A stretch of DNA of 64,000 bases from an uncultured bacterium (lineage in GTDB: Bacteria > Omnitrophota > Omnitrophia > Omnitrophales > Aquincolibacteriaceae), in assembly GCA_964562525.1 (NCBI GenBank), contig CAZLTL010000007.1, positions 32,026-96,025 on the forward strand, in the 5' to 3' direction. The notes below the pieces were generated by a model. That model saw nothing but the letters and a program-made list of their open reading frames with translations, searched no databases and was not told the origin of the DNA. The first letter of the stretch is position 1, and each line of letters opens with the position of its first letter. A program made the position numbers and the translations under genes. This document shows positions 42,260 through 52,565 of the stretch, one piece after another.

Positions 42260-42634
42260 TTATTTTACGGCTGCGGCTTCCGCGGCTTTAACAGTTGAAC
42301 CTTCCCAATCTTCCGACTTAGGCGCTGAACCTAAATCCACACACTGATCATTGCTCATTTCAGCGGCAATGGGAAAAGTCAGCAAATTAAAAGCTCCGGC
42401 AACCGTGCAGTGAATCGCGTCCACAACGCCTTTGCCCGCGCCCGCCCAAGGATTTTTATTTTCCTGTTTATACTCATGCGGAACCGAGAAAGCTTTTGTC
42501 CAACCGAAAAGCGTGTTGGTCAAGCCGCTCTCAAGACGCTCGCCCACCGCATCGGAATAGGAGTCTTCCGCATAAACATTCAGCGAAATCAAAGAAACAA
42601 CCAAAATTAAAATAAGCCCCAAAAACTTCTTCAT
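42260..42634 (-). CDS. Small secreted protein, paralog B of 41660-41968 (TIGR04073-like), with an extra C-terminal tail
   Basis: ~70% identical core to paralog A. Confidence 0.45.
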   Translation of the reverse strand: MKKFLGLILILVVSLISLNVYAEDSYSDAVGERLESGLTNTLFGWTKAFSVPHEYKQENKNPWAGAGKGVVDAIHCTVAGAFNLLTFPIAAEMSNDQCVDLGSAPKSEDWEGSTVKAAEAAAVK

Positions 42635-42735
42635 TGAAATCCCCTTTTCAAAATTTTCCTAAACTTAAAACCAACTGGAATAATTTTATACAGGAGTGCC
42701 GTGAAAAGCAACAAGTGCGGACAAGTTCAAACGGT

Positions 42736-43068
42736 TTATTCTTTAAAACCGTTCAGCTCCAAGCAAATTTGATAGCTCTCTCTTTGCTGCATCATCAAAA
42801 AGAGCGAGGCCTCTTTCATCTCTTGCGGAAGCGCGCTGATATTTTGTCCCAAGTCGATCCGCTTCCCGAAATAGTCTGCGATTTTCTCTTTGACTGCTTC
42901 CCGGCTATCGAGTCCGTCAAAAGCGGTTCCCAACGAAAGCGCCAAGCATTGCTGTCTGATCATTTTGGGGCGGTACGCAAACCAATAAAAAGGAATGCCT
43001 GCGATAATAAGAATAAAAAGCATGACAATTGAAGCAAAAAAACGTTTATCCATAACACACCTCCGCAA
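42736..43068 (-). CDS. Hypothetical membrane-anchored protein
   Basis: N-terminal TM; 110 aa. Confidence 0.4.
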   Translation of the reverse strand: MRRCVMDKRFFASIVMLFILIIAGIPFYWFAYRPKMIRQQCLALSLGTAFDGLDSREAVKEKIADYFGKRIDLGQNISALPQEMKEASLFLMMQQRESYQICLELNGFKE

Positions 43069-43366
43069 CCCTTCAGCCCTCTTCTAAGGGACCTTGATGT
43101 AAACGCGGCTCAAACACCGCACAAGGTTGGGATAATGCGCCAATCAATTCAAAACCATGTCATCAATCAGAACAACATGCTGCGCGGCGACCGCTAGCGA
43201 TCTCCATAACAAGATACCTTTCGGCACCCAATAAAAGCATACCCCAATCCAAAGGCGGGAGAGGCGTATTTCAGCTCTTTTTTGATTTTTTTTATTTTCT
43301 GAAGGTAAGTTATTTTGAAACTTTAAATAGTCTCAGAGACGAGAGGCACGAGGTGAATATTTCTGC

Positions 43367-43879
43367 CTAAAAACCAATTTGGCTGAAAATACGCGCGCGC
43401 CGGTAAGCACTGTCAATTTTACGATCCACACGGCCGATTTCGGTGACAAGCTTGCTGTTGACGTCGCTTAAGCCCCGTTCGGTTAAACGCAGTTTTTCAA
43501 ACTCAATTCCGCCCACAGCGATATATTCACGGATCTTTTCTATTTCATCGGCATCAAACCAAGTGCCATGCTTCAAACACCGGTCCACAACCACTCCGGA
43601 ATGCGAACCCCATGTTTTACGGTTCATCAGTTCCGCGCATAAGGGACAAGGAACATACTTAACGGGATCAATGCGCCCAAGCGGCTCATAAATTGAACGC
43701 AGCCGCCGCAGCTCATCAATTGAAAAGACCTCGGGACGGACTTGCAGCACAGCTTTTTCTTTGGGCGTATCCACCCAAACTCCGCGACAAGCCGGGCAAA
43801 CATCCACTTCCAACGCGCCCTCGACGGCAACTTCCAGCGCCTGCGAACACTTCGGACATTTCAATTCACGCTTGGACAT
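43367..43879 (-). CDS. Protein with two TFIIB-type zinc ribbons
   Basis: CPKC...CPAC...GVWVD and CPLC...C..HGTWFDADE repeats. Confidence 0.55.
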   Translation of the reverse strand: MSKRELKCPKCSQALEVAVEGALEVDVCPACRGVWVDTPKEKAVLQVRPEVFSIDELRRLRSIYEPLGRIDPVKYVPCPLCAELMNRKTWGSHSGVVVDRCLKHGTWFDADEIEKIREYIAVGGIEFEKLRLTERGLSDVNSKLVTEIGRVDRKIDSAYRRARIFSQIGF

Positions 43880-43902
43880 AGTCTCTCCTAATCAAAAACA
43901 GC

Positions 43903-44238
43903 TTACGCTTTTTGTTCGGCGATATCGCCCGCCACCGGCAGTTTGAATTTCTCACCCTGATAAGCTTTGACCATTAAAAGAATCCACAGCACAACACTGC
44001 CCAAGCTGACCAGCGGAATCAAAATTACTCCCAAAACGGGAATCACCGGCAAAATAATCTGCAAGATAAATAAAAATCCGAAGACAACCATCGACTGAAC
44101 GGCATGAAAACGGATAAATTTATTGTCTTTTTCGATCAGAAAAAAAACAATCCCCGTGATCAAACCCAAAGCGTAACAAGCAAGCCCCGCAATATTCGCG
44201 TTCAAACCCGTTGATGACTTTCCTAAATCTTCGTTCAT
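43903..44238 (-). CDS. DUF4870-family small membrane protein
   Basis: FHAVQSMVVFG motif; 3 TM. Confidence 0.55.
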   Translation of the reverse strand: MNEDLGKSSTGLNANIAGLACYALGLITGIVFFLIEKDNKFIRFHAVQSMVVFGFLFILQIILPVIPVLGVILIPLVSLGSVVLWILLMVKAYQGEKFKLPVAGDIAEQKA

Positions 44239-44470
44239 AAAACCTCCGTTAAAGTTATGCCTCTCCGCCCTATTTAATTGATAGGCTTAACCGTAAAACC
44301 CGGCGCTGCATCGCCAGCCTGCCCGGACTGCGAATTATCCGCCGATGCTTCATCCGCGGGCTCAGCCCATACATATTCCTCTTTCGGACTTTCTGCCGCG
44401 CATACAAAACTGACAAAAGACGTCATCAAAAAAAAATAGAACTAAGAATGATTTCACACTATCTCCTTTT

Positions 44471-45436
44471 TTACTTTTTTCCAAGCCCCTGAAAAAGCTC
44501 AATCGCTGAAGGGGTTGTTTTTAAATGCAAATCGCGTTGAGGAAAAGGAATTTCAATGCCTTCCTTCACGAAAGCTTCACAAATCGCGTAATTCATTTCG
44601 CTGAGCAAGCATTTCTGCCTGTCAGGTGAGGCAGTCCAAACCAAAAGTTCAAAATCCAGCGAAGATTCGCCGAACCCCAAGAAAAGAACATCCGGCTTCG
44701 GTTCTTTCAGCGCCTCAGGGTTTTCTGAGGCCACGCGCAAAAGAATCTCGGTTACCTTTCTGACATCCGTTCCGTAAGCCACTCCGATAGGACAATGGAC
44801 GCGCACCTTCGGATCGCCATGCGACCAATTGATCACACTGCCTTCGATAAATTTGCTGTTCGGAACAATGATCGAAACGCGGTCGCCGGTTTCAATAATG
44901 GTCGTGCGAATATTAATTTGCAGCACTTTACCAACCTGTCCTTCCACGCTGATCATATCGCCCACCGTAATCGGCCGCTCGAGAAGTAAAATCAAGCCCG
45001 CGATAAAATTAGAGGTCACATTTTGCAAGCCAAACCCGATACCCACGCTCAAAAACCCGAACACCACCGCAAAGCTGCCGAGATTGATCCCGATACATTG
45101 CGCCGCCAAAACCGCGCCGCAAACCAACATGACATAATGCACCACGCGCGTCAGCGCGTAAGTCATGCCGGATTCCATTTTCAACTGAACCGCCACGCGC
45201 CGGATTAAAATTTTCTGGAGAACCCCCGAAAGAAAAACAAACACCATGAAAACGATCACAGCCGTAAGCATTCCGCTGAGCGTCACCGGTGATGAGCCGA
45301 CATGAATCAATGGCAAATTCATCCATTTTAAAATTTGCTCGTAAATATTGGTCTGGTCCATTTTTATGCCTTTAAGCTGAATATTGAATCGTTGATAGCG
45401 TTTAACCGGGTCGGTTCCTGGAGTAGAATACGGCAA
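44471..45436 (-). CDS. Mechanosensitive ion channel (MscS family); start may be the internal ATG at 45361
   Basis: TM region followed by beta-domain GDMISVEGQVGKVLQINIRTTII. Confidence 0.75.
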   Translation of the reverse strand: MPYSTPGTDPVKRYQRFNIQLKGIKMDQTNIYEQILKWMNLPLIHVGSSPVTLSGMLTAVIVFMVFVFLSGVLQKILIRRVAVQLKMESGMTYALTRVVHYVMLVCGAVLAAQCIGINLGSFAVVFGFLSVGIGFGLQNVTSNFIAGLILLLERPITVGDMISVEGQVGKVLQINIRTTIIETGDRVSIIVPNSKFIEGSVINWSHGDPKVRVHCPIGVAYGTDVRKVTEILLRVASENPEALKEPKPDVLFLGFGESSLDFELLVWTASPDRQKCLLSEMNYAICEAFVKEGIEIPFPQRDLHLKTTPSAIELFQGLGKK

Positions 45437-45955
45437 ATGAGTTTCTTGCCCAAGCTAAAAAAATTGGGTTTTTATTTAACCGCATTTCTTCCGTTTTTTT
45501 CAGCCGCGGCCTTGGCTGCTGACTGTTATAGTGACTGTATGCGCGGTTCCGGGTGCTGGGATTCCCGCTCGGACGAAAATGTCAGTTATTGCAGCGGCAT
45601 TCAGGCGCGTTGTTCAACCGAGTGCCGGAGTTCCGCCAACAGCGCCAATAGCAGCTATAAATCTTACGGCGCCATCGCTTACAGCCGTAAAGACCAAAGC
45701 TACGGCTACTCCAACGGCAAAAAAACACGTAACCAAGCTGAAAAAACAGCCTTACAATACTGTCAAGAATACGGTAAAAAATGCAAAGCCGCGGTTTGGT
45801 TTTATAATCAATGCGGAGCCGTCGCCGCAGACGAAGAAAAAGTCGGAATCGGTCTCGGCACCAACACCGGCGACGCAAGTCAAGCCGCTCTGAAGGAATG
45901 TAAGAAAAGCGGCAAAAACAATTGCAAAGTTAAAATAGCGCATTGCTCGTTTTAA
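45437..45955 (+). CDS. Secreted DUF4189-like Cys-rich protein
   Basis: Signal peptide; duplicated GA(I/V)A...C..YG..C half-domains. Confidence 0.5.
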   Translation: MSFLPKLKKLGFYLTAFLPFFSAAALAADCYSDCMRGSGCWDSRSDENVSYCSGIQARCSTECRSSANSANSSYKSYGAIAYSRKDQSYGYSNGKKTRNQAEKTALQYCQEYGKKCKAAVWFYNQCGAVAADEEKVGIGLGTNTGDASQAALKECKKSGKNNCKVKIAHCSF

Positions 45956-45977
45956 ACGGAAAGGCACTTATCAAAAA

Positions 45978-46440
45978 TTTAAACGCTGTGAAATGGGCGA
46001 TCCTGCTTCTCTTCATTGTTCCCGCCATTGTTGGCGCTGAAGAGCTCCCAAAGAAAGCAAAGAAGCTCGAAGAAATGTCCCCGGCGGAATTCAGAGAAGC
46101 TTTAAAAAAATCCCATGAAGAAATCAGTTCGCGTCTTGGCGGCAGCGGCACTTTGGCTGAATCCGGGACTTCGACGGAAAAAATTTCTTCGCTCTCAGAA
46201 AAGCGGGCCTATGAAACCTCCGCCCAAAGCCGCATTGATATGCTCAGTCATAAAATTAGATCTCTGGAGAATCACTATTATGATAATTGGGGCTACGCGC
46301 AAAAAGATGCCGCGAAGTTGAGGGACATTCAATCCAAAGCCCGCGATCACCTCAATAAAATCAGAGCGGATAACACCGACAGCTGGAAAGTCAACAAACA
46401 GGCTTTGGAAAATTTACTGCGTCAGACTTCGGATTATTAA
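45978..46440 (+). CDS. Hypothetical secreted coiled-coil protein (GTG start inferred)
   Basis: Signal-peptide-like WAILLLFIVPAIVGA. Confidence 0.35.
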
Positions 46441-46461
46441 GCACGCTAAGCCGTGTGATTC

Positions 46462-46740
46462 TTATTGAAATTGGCGGGAAGCCGCGTTGATATCTTGGTT
46501 TTGATTTTTAATTAGCCGTTCAGCCTCTTCATCTAATTGACGCTCTTGTCTCCGGCGCGCCTCAACATATTCTTGATTGGCGGCGAGCTTCAAGTTCTCG
46601 GCTTCAAGCTGCGTAATCTCTCCGCGCGCCGCGCGTGCGTCCGCTTCCGTGACAGCGGCTTCATACTTCACCAGCGCCGGATGTTTCCCGGACGCGCACC
46701 CCGCCAACACCAACAAAAAGACGAAGAAAATATTTCTCAC
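46462..46740 (-). CDS. Small lipoprotein, hypothetical
   Basis: Lipobox LLVLAGCAS. Confidence 0.45.
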   Translation of the reverse strand: MRNIFFVFLLVLAGCASGKHPALVKYEAAVTEADARAARGEITQLEAENLKLAANQEYVEARRRQERQLDEEAERLIKNQNQDINAASRQFQ

Positions 46741-46761
46741 AAAGATCTTTCTTTGAAAAAT

Positions 46762-47832
46762 TTAAACCGTGCGCCGTAAAAAAGGAATCCGCAAAAGAAC
46801 AAGGGTCATAGCAAGTGAAAGCAAATAAATCACCGTCGTCGCCGCAAGCACCGTGAACACCGATGAATTCTCAAGCGGCGAAACCTTAAAACCTAACCTT
46901 CCTTTTTCAACCGCCTCCATCACCATGGGGTGCATTAAGTAAACGCCAAAACTCGCCTTTGATAATTCTCCCAAAATGGATTTAGCACGCGGAGACCAAT
47001 TCTCCATTTGCGGCGCTGTTTTTTTCGCCATGATAAAAAGTGCCGCGGCATAAATCGCCACGTTCGGCGCGGTGTTTTCATAAAATAAAACATGGTAATA
47101 CCCTGTCTTCAAACACACCGCGTAAGTGCCCGCGATACAAATACCCAATGTGATTAAAGCGCCCCAGGGCGCGTATTTCCCAATCTTTTCCGGTGCGATG
47201 GCCCGCAAATAATAGCCCAATACAAAATAACCGATCATGCCCTGAGCCATGCCCACCGGCAAATAGAATTCGGGCTTCATCCCAAAGAAGATTTTAGAAA
47301 AATCCTGCGCAAAAGGCCACAGTGAAGCGAAAACAAACCATAGACCGATGAAGTAAAGGATATGGGCCGGCTTGGCATAACGCACAAAAACACGGAGGAT
47401 AGGTGTAACGAGATAAATGCCGATCAAAGCGTAAAAAAACCAAAGATGAAAATGAACTTGGTTTTTAGCAATGCGGGTCAGTCCCTCGCCCCAAGAAAAA
47501 TCAGCGTGCAGAAAATATTTTTTCCAAACCAAGTAAAGCACAGACCAAACCAAAAACGGAATTAAAATGCGGTTGAGGCGTTTCTTAAAAAAGTCGCCTA
47601 TCGATTGTTCGCTTGGCATCAGTAAGAGCGCGCCGCTTACCATGATAAACAAGCACACACAGCCTCGCACGAGGCTGTCGAAAAAATGAGTGAGCCACCA
47701 ATCCAAACGCGGTACTTTGTCGTATTGCGCGATCACATCCGCCGCGACATGAATGAAAACAATCCCAAAGGAAGCGATGAAGCGGATGGCATCAATCCAA
47801 ATGAGACTGGAACGAACAGCAGGCTTGGTCAT
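46762..47832 (-). CDS. Acyltransferase family 3 (membrane O-acyltransferase)
   Basis: 10 TM; N-terminal IDAIRFIASFGIVFIH. Confidence 0.7.
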   Translation of the reverse strand: MTKPAVRSSLIWIDAIRFIASFGIVFIHVAADVIAQYDKVPRLDWWLTHFFDSLVRGCVCLFIMVSGALLLMPSEQSIGDFFKKRLNRILIPFLVWSVLYLVWKKYFLHADFSWGEGLTRIAKNQVHFHLWFFYALIGIYLVTPILRVFVRYAKPAHILYFIGLWFVFASLWPFAQDFSKIFFGMKPEFYLPVGMAQGMIGYFVLGYYLRAIAPEKIGKYAPWGALITLGICIAGTYAVCLKTGYYHVLFYENTAPNVAIYAAALFIMAKKTAPQMENWSPRAKSILGELSKASFGVYLMHPMVMEAVEKGRLGFKVSPLENSSVFTVLAATTVIYLLSLAMTLVLLRIPFLRRTV

Positions 47833-47905
47833 ACCTACTATTATCGGAACACCCCTCGTTTGCTATTAGCCTCGATTAAATTAAAATCTCCGGGGGACCG
47901 CGGTT

Positions 47906-48412
47906 TTAACCGCCCTCCGCGGAAGAAAAGGGCTTCGCTCCGAACATTTGGAGCTTGAGGCGCGACGCGATTAAGCGCTGATTCATAATTGGAACGAGAC
48001 GTTTATAAACTTCATAGCCCAGCTCATGATCGACTTGCATCGCTCTGCGCAAGCGTACGCCGTCAATCGCCAAAAACTCCGCGTCCTGCTCCACCACCGC
48101 GTCAAACCGCCAGCGGTAAGGCGTAATCACCCAAGACCAGCCCACCACGTCTCCGGCGCCCAAAGTATGAAACACGCGTTTCTCGGGCTCAGCCTCGAAG
48201 CGGACATCCTGCTCAACGCCGATCAAATTAACTTTACCCTTTAAAATTAAAAAGAAATGTTCCGCCTTGCCGCCGTCGCGGAAAACCGTTTTGCCTTTGG
48301 CGATCTCGGTCACTTTGCCGAGCTTCGTGATTTGATTTCTGAAATCTTCGGACAAGCCTCTAAAAAAGGGGTGCTTCACTTTGGGTATAATCACTTTACG
48401 AGCATGACGCAT
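47906..48412 (-). CDS. Cyclic nucleotide-binding domain protein
   Basis: cNMP-binding fold GKTVFRDGGKAEHFFLILKGKV...GAGDVVGWSW. Confidence 0.65.
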   Translation of the reverse strand: MRHARKVIIPKVKHPFFRGLSEDFRNQITKLGKVTEIAKGKTVFRDGGKAEHFFLILKGKVNLIGVEQDVRFEAEPEKRVFHTLGAGDVVGWSWVITPYRWRFDAVVEQDAEFLAIDGVRLRRAMQVDHELGYEVYKRLVPIMNQRLIASRLKLQMFGAKPFSSAEGG

Positions 48413-48557
48413 GCACGACCTCCTTATAAATTAAAACACTTTGCTTCTGTGGCCCCGCCGACACCCGCTAAATTCGGATAGACACATCCTAAATAGGATA
48501 ATCAAGAATGGCAACTTTTAAATTTGAGGGAAATGAGGGCTTCTTTAATTGCGGCTT

Positions 48558-48968
48558 TTAACGCGTTTCATCTTTCACGGCAACATTAAGCTGGGCGGCA
48601 ATTTTCCGGGCTTCTTCAAGCGCCTGCTTATGTTTTATTTCCAAATCCGGCCCCATCGCCAAACCCGGCTCATACTGCAAAGTCGTGTTCAGCTGCTTCA
48701 AAATTACAAAACTGCCGTCCCGCAGCAAAAGCCCCACACGATAGATACCGCGCATTTTAAAATCAAAATAAGCCTTGTGATAGCGGACGCCGATTGCAAG
48801 CACTTGGTCACGGCTATAGACAGTCCTTCCCATCGCAACGCCCAACACACGGCGTTCGACCGCCACTTGCGATGAAGCGGTGCCTTCAACCAAGTGGTGA
48901 GAAATAATTTCCGGCGCCATCCAAAACAAAAAAACACCCAGCAAAATAAACGGCATCCATTTTTTCAT
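48558..48968 (-). CDS. Hypothetical secreted/membrane-anchored protein
   Basis: N-terminal hydrophobic segment. Confidence 0.4.
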   Translation of the reverse strand: MKKWMPFILLGVFLFWMAPEIISHHLVEGTASSQVAVERRVLGVAMGRTVYSRDQVLAIGVRYHKAYFDFKMRGIYRVGLLLRDGSFVILKQLNTTLQYEPGLAMGPDLEIKHKQALEEARKIAAQLNVAVKDETR

Positions 48969-49009
48969 TTTTCAACCCCTCCTCGCGGGGCGGTATACGT
49001 CTTATCTGT

Positions 49010-49327
49010 TTATTGGGTGTCTAACTTTTTTTGTCCGGCCAAAATCCATTTGTCATAACTTTTATGAAGCGAAACAAATGATTTAGAAATAGGGTTATGC
49101 GAAAAAGCATTCGTGAAAGTATTACGCGCCAAATTAAAATTGCCGCGAAAAACATACTCAAAGCCGCGGGCATACTCCAAGCGCTGACTGGGCTGCGAAA
49201 AATAAAAATACGCCCAAATCGCCAATAAAATCAGCGGCCATTTAAGCGCTTTCTTAAACAGCGCAATCCGCTGAGCCTTCTTATCGACGGGCGGCTTTTT
49301 TTCAGCGTACGGATTAACGTGTTCCAT
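49010..49327 (-). CDS. Hypothetical membrane protein
   Basis: 1 TM; 105 aa. Confidence 0.35.
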   Translation of the reverse strand: MEHVNPYAEKKPPVDKKAQRIALFKKALKWPLILLAIWAYFYFSQPSQRLEYARGFEYVFRGNFNLARNTFTNAFSHNPISKSFVSLHKSYDKWILAGQKKLDTQ

Positions 49328-49359
49328 TTTACATCCTTTTCGCCGGAAGCGACTTTTCG

Positions 49360-50007
49360 TTATCGTCTTTGAAGAAGATAAACATTTTGACGCATCCCCT
49401 CAACCGCGGAAAGCCGAGGCCCCTCGCTTTTGGGCTTTTCACTTTCCATCAATTGAATATCGAACGCATCCGCGTAAAGCCGCTCAATTTCAGTCTTACT
49501 GATGCTAAACGGCGGGCCTTCCATTTTGGATTGATCATATTCATAAACAATCAAAAGATATTTGCCGCCCACCTTGAGAGAGTCGCAGATCACGCGAGCA
49601 TAATCAACTCGCATGGAATCAGGCAAAGCCACCAAAGCGGCGCGGTCATAAATAAAATCATAAGAGTTCGTTTTATTCAGCTTAAAAAAATCACCGCAGC
49701 TGATACGAATATTTTGATGCGCATGGTCAATAAAATCAGCGCATTCTGTTTTGCACACAGACTCAAATTTGTTTTCAGCAAAAAAATCTTCGACAGCACC
49801 CGAATAAAGCTCGACGCCATGAACCTGCAACCCCAAACTCGCAAGCCAAACCATATCAATCGTCTTGCCGCACAAAGGCACCAGCACACTTTGCCCCGCC
49901 TGAGGCTGCATTTGCGGAAAATACTGCGTCAGCTTCGCATGATATTGTTGCTGATTAAACCCCGTCCGGCTCTCTTCCCAAGATTTAATCCAAAATTCAG
50001 GCTCCAC
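49360..50007 (-). CDS. Thiopurine S-methyltransferase (TPMT)-family SAM methyltransferase; GTG start
   Basis: FWIKSWEESRTGFNQQQYHAKL...VLVPLCGKTIDMVWLASLG. Confidence 0.7.
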   Translation of the reverse strand: MEPEFWIKSWEESRTGFNQQQYHAKLTQYFPQMQPQAGQSVLVPLCGKTIDMVWLASLGLQVHGVELYSGAVEDFFAENKFESVCKTECADFIDHAHQNIRISCGDFFKLNKTNSYDFIYDRAALVALPDSMRVDYARVICDSLKVGGKYLLIVYEYDQSKMEGPPFSISKTEIERLYADAFDIQLMESEKPKSEGPRLSAVEGMRQNVYLLQRR

Positions 50008-50019
50008 AAATCATTCCTT

Positions 50020-50065
50020 TTAACAGACTAAAAACCAACGACTGAAGACCGAAGACTAATGTCTT
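50020..50065. repeat. Repeat family A (cagactaMagaccaacgacYgaagactaaYgac; iterated NAAGAC/NAACGAC units) immediately upstream of the TPMT start
   Basis: Also at 51885-51930, 52322-52355 and 54526-54563. Confidence 0.55.
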
Positions 50066-50302
50066 CCCGCGGACGGCGTCCCGTTTTCACGGCGGAGTTT
50101 ATCGTCGCCTCTTTTGAATCAAAATCGTTATTCCGAAAGCAAGCGCAAGAGAAACCACAAAAACAACTGCTGCAATGCCAAAAAACTTTTGAATTTGCGG
50201 TTGCCGCGTCAAAGTTCCAACACTATAGCCCAAAGGCAACAACACAAAACCCCAGACTAACCACTCAATCCTTGGTTGAAACTTCATTTGCGTAATCCTC
50301 AA

Positions 50303-50461
50303 TCAGCTCAACAACAACTTAGGATTATGACAATGATATTGCCCAGTACCATTCGCCCAATTGTGGTGACAGCCTTGCGAATCCGTGCCCCCGCTGTGCG
50401 CAAAAGCAGAACCCGAAACTAGCATAACTAAAACAACAACCAATCCAAAAACTTTTTTCAT
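50303..50461 (-). CDS. YHYH-motif secreted protein
   Basis: AHSGGTDSQGCHHNWANGTGQYHCH; start at MKKVFGL with RBS GGGAGGG. Confidence 0.55.
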   Translation of the reverse strand: MKKVFGLVVVLVMLVSGSAFAHSGGTDSQGCHHNWANGTGQYHCHNPKLLLS

Positions 50462-50569
50462 TAATCTAAGCCCTCCCCGCCGCTTGTCCCGAGCAAAGCC
50501 GAGGGAGACGGCGTCCCGTTTTCCGTTTTCTTGCTTGGGCTCTGCGTCTAAGAGGTCTATAATCATTTC

Positions 50570-51079
50570 ATGAATTATACTTCATCAGAAATTCTAAACC
50601 CGAAAAAAGCTTCCGAGTCGCGCGTCGAGACAACTTATTTGATGATGCCCCATCACGCGAACCCCGCCGGCAATATTTACGGCGGATCCATTCTTTCGAT
50701 GGCAGATGCGGTCGCTTACATGTGCGCCGCGCGCCACAGCGGACCCGGGTGTGTCACGGTTTCTGTCGATCAGGTTGACTTTCGCAAACCTATTCTCATC
50801 GGTGAAGTGCTCACTTTCAAAGCTTCGATTAATTATGTCGGACGAACCTCGATGGAAGTCGGCATCCGCATTGAATCTGAGAATCTCAAGACAGGGAAAA
50901 AACAGCACACCAATTCTTGCTATTTCACGATGGTCTGCCTTGATGAAAACTACCAGCCAACTCCCGTCCCACCGCTTTTATGCGAAACCAAAGAAGAAAA
51001 ACGACGGTTTGCCGAAGGCCGCATCCGCCGCGAGCACGCTAAAGAACTTTCAGAGAAAAGAAAAAAACTCGAAATATAA
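50570..51079 (+). CDS. Acyl-CoA thioesterase (hotdog fold, YciA-like)
   Basis: MMPHHANPAGNIYGGSILSMAD. Confidence 0.75.
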   Translation: MNYTSSEILNPKKASESRVETTYLMMPHHANPAGNIYGGSILSMADAVAYMCAARHSGPGCVTVSVDQVDFRKPILIGEVLTFKASINYVGRTSMEVGIRIESENLKTGKKQHTNSCYFTMVCLDENYQPTPVPPLLCETKEEKRRFAEGRIRREHAKELSEKRKKLEI

Positions 51080-51130
51080 AATTAGTTCAAAACTCAGAGA
51101 TCAGAAATCAGAACCATAGCTCAAAACCTA

Positions 51131-51802
51131 TCAGCTAATCATCAAACTCTGAACTCTGATTTTTGAATTCTGAACTTTTCCTGCCTGTCCCCGCGGTACT
51201 CGGTACCTTTTTCTGGAAATGTTCCGATCTCTGTTTTGGAAACGCAAAAAAAGCATGCTGACAAAAACCATCAAAAGAAATAATCCAAGCCCCGACAACA
51301 AGAGAACATCTTTCAACTCCAAAATCTTAGCGCTGTTTAAATAAAATGCCGCTGCTAAAAATACTACCCCCGTAATAATCCCGCCAACAGGTACAATTAA
51401 AGCATAGGACTTAGAAACATCTATGGCTGACTGCAGTCGCCCTCTCTGTCCCTTTGAGCGCAAAATCGCATGGGGGTCGCGCAGAGGATGGAATGCATGA
51501 TATCGATAGAGACACAGAAAGAAAATAATTACTCCACTTCCAATAAAAAAAGGCAGTTTTTCAAAAAAACTCATCTTGTCTTCAACTGAAAACTTAATGG
51601 CTGGCATCTTGTTGTCGGAATCTTCCAAGCAAATAGATCTTAATTCTTCATACGCCTTTGAATTCAAGCTCTGATGAGGAACATCAAATTTTTTCCCATT
51701 TTCACACTCAACCACAAATTTTTTTTCATTGGTCATTAGTGTGCCAAATACCAAGCCAAACACTACGCCAAAAATAGTAGCCCACCACAAAGAAAAACTC
51801 AC
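51131..51802 (-). CDS. Hypothetical membrane protein
   Basis: 4 TM; 223 aa. Confidence 0.45.
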   Translation of the reverse strand: MSFSLWWATIFGVVFGLVFGTLMTNEKKFVVECENGKKFDVPHQSLNSKAYEELRSICLEDSDNKMPAIKFSVEDKMSFFEKLPFFIGSGVIIFFLCLYRYHAFHPLRDPHAILRSKGQRGRLQSAIDVSKSYALIVPVGGIITGVVFLAAAFYLNSAKILELKDVLLLSGLGLFLLMVFVSMLFLRFQNRDRNISRKRYRVPRGQAGKVQNSKIRVQSLMIS

Positions 51803-51911
51803 AAATCACTACCTCCATCAGAAAAAACTAAGCTGTCACTCTCTTGCTGAGCCAACCAGCTGCTTTTAAAAATGTTCTGAACAAAACAGACTACAGACCG
51901 ACGACTGAAGA

Positions 51912-52232
51912 TTACCGACTAACGCTTCTGCTCGCCAAGTAATCACGCAGCTTTTTTTCATCCCCTACAAATCTTATATTGTCCCGTGAGATCCAACTAC
52001 CAACGGTAACACCAACAGTCTCACCTTTGATCAGATTTCCTGTTTGCACTACGGTTCCCTTTTTAATAATGCCAAACATGGGCTGATTATTTATTTTTCC
52101 GAATAGTTCCAAATTAATATCTTCAAGAAGAACGCCATAAAAAGGAGAAGGACGAGGCTTCATCACGGCAGTCATAAAACCTGAGACATACACACAAAGC
52201 AGAACAATCACAGTCACAATTTTTCTTTTCAT
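51912..52232 (-). CDS. Hypothetical small secreted protein; C-terminal codons are supplied by repeat family A
   Basis: N-terminal signal/TM. Confidence 0.4.
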   Translation of the reverse strand: MKRKIVTVIVLLCVYVSGFMTAVMKPRPSPFYGVLLEDINLELFGKINNQPMFGIIKKGTVVQTGNLIKGETVGVTVGSWISRDNIRFVGDEKKLRDYLASRSVSR

Positions 52233-52565
52233 AGGTTTACCTTTTTAACCCGGCACTTTTACAAGCCGAAGCATCGCTTCGAACCAGTGGTCGCATGACC
52301 AGAAATGTTCCGATCGAAATCAGACTAAAGACCAACGACTGAAGACTAACGACTACTTTGAACCCGGTAAGCCTCGACATCAGTCGAGAACCAATGGTCG
52401 CATGACCACACTTTTAGAAATGTTCCGATCTCTGAGCAGACCCAAACATTTTTTCATTTATTTAACCCGGCACTTCCGGTACCGGTACCTTTTCTATTCA
52501 AATGACTAAAGACTACCCCTTCGACTTCGCTCAGGGCAAGCGACTACTTTGAAGCCTACACTTAT
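52233..52565. repeat. 333 bp intergenic mosaic of repeats: tandem units cgaaccagtggtcgcatgacc-agaaatgttccgatc, family A, family B (acccggcacttccggtaccggtacctttt), and a 62 bp duplicate (52438-52499) of the bla start region
   Basis: Each segment has one or more copies elsewhere in 50-55 kb; the reverse complement reads ATGAAAAAATGTTTGGGTCTGCTC, matching the first 8 codons of bla. Confidence 0.7.

Noticed and set aside
52255-52300. tRNA-like GGTTCGAAG segment
   Set aside because: There is no acceptor, D-arm or anticodon-arm context. It is part of a tandemly duplicated repeat unit, cgaaccagtggtcgcatgacc.
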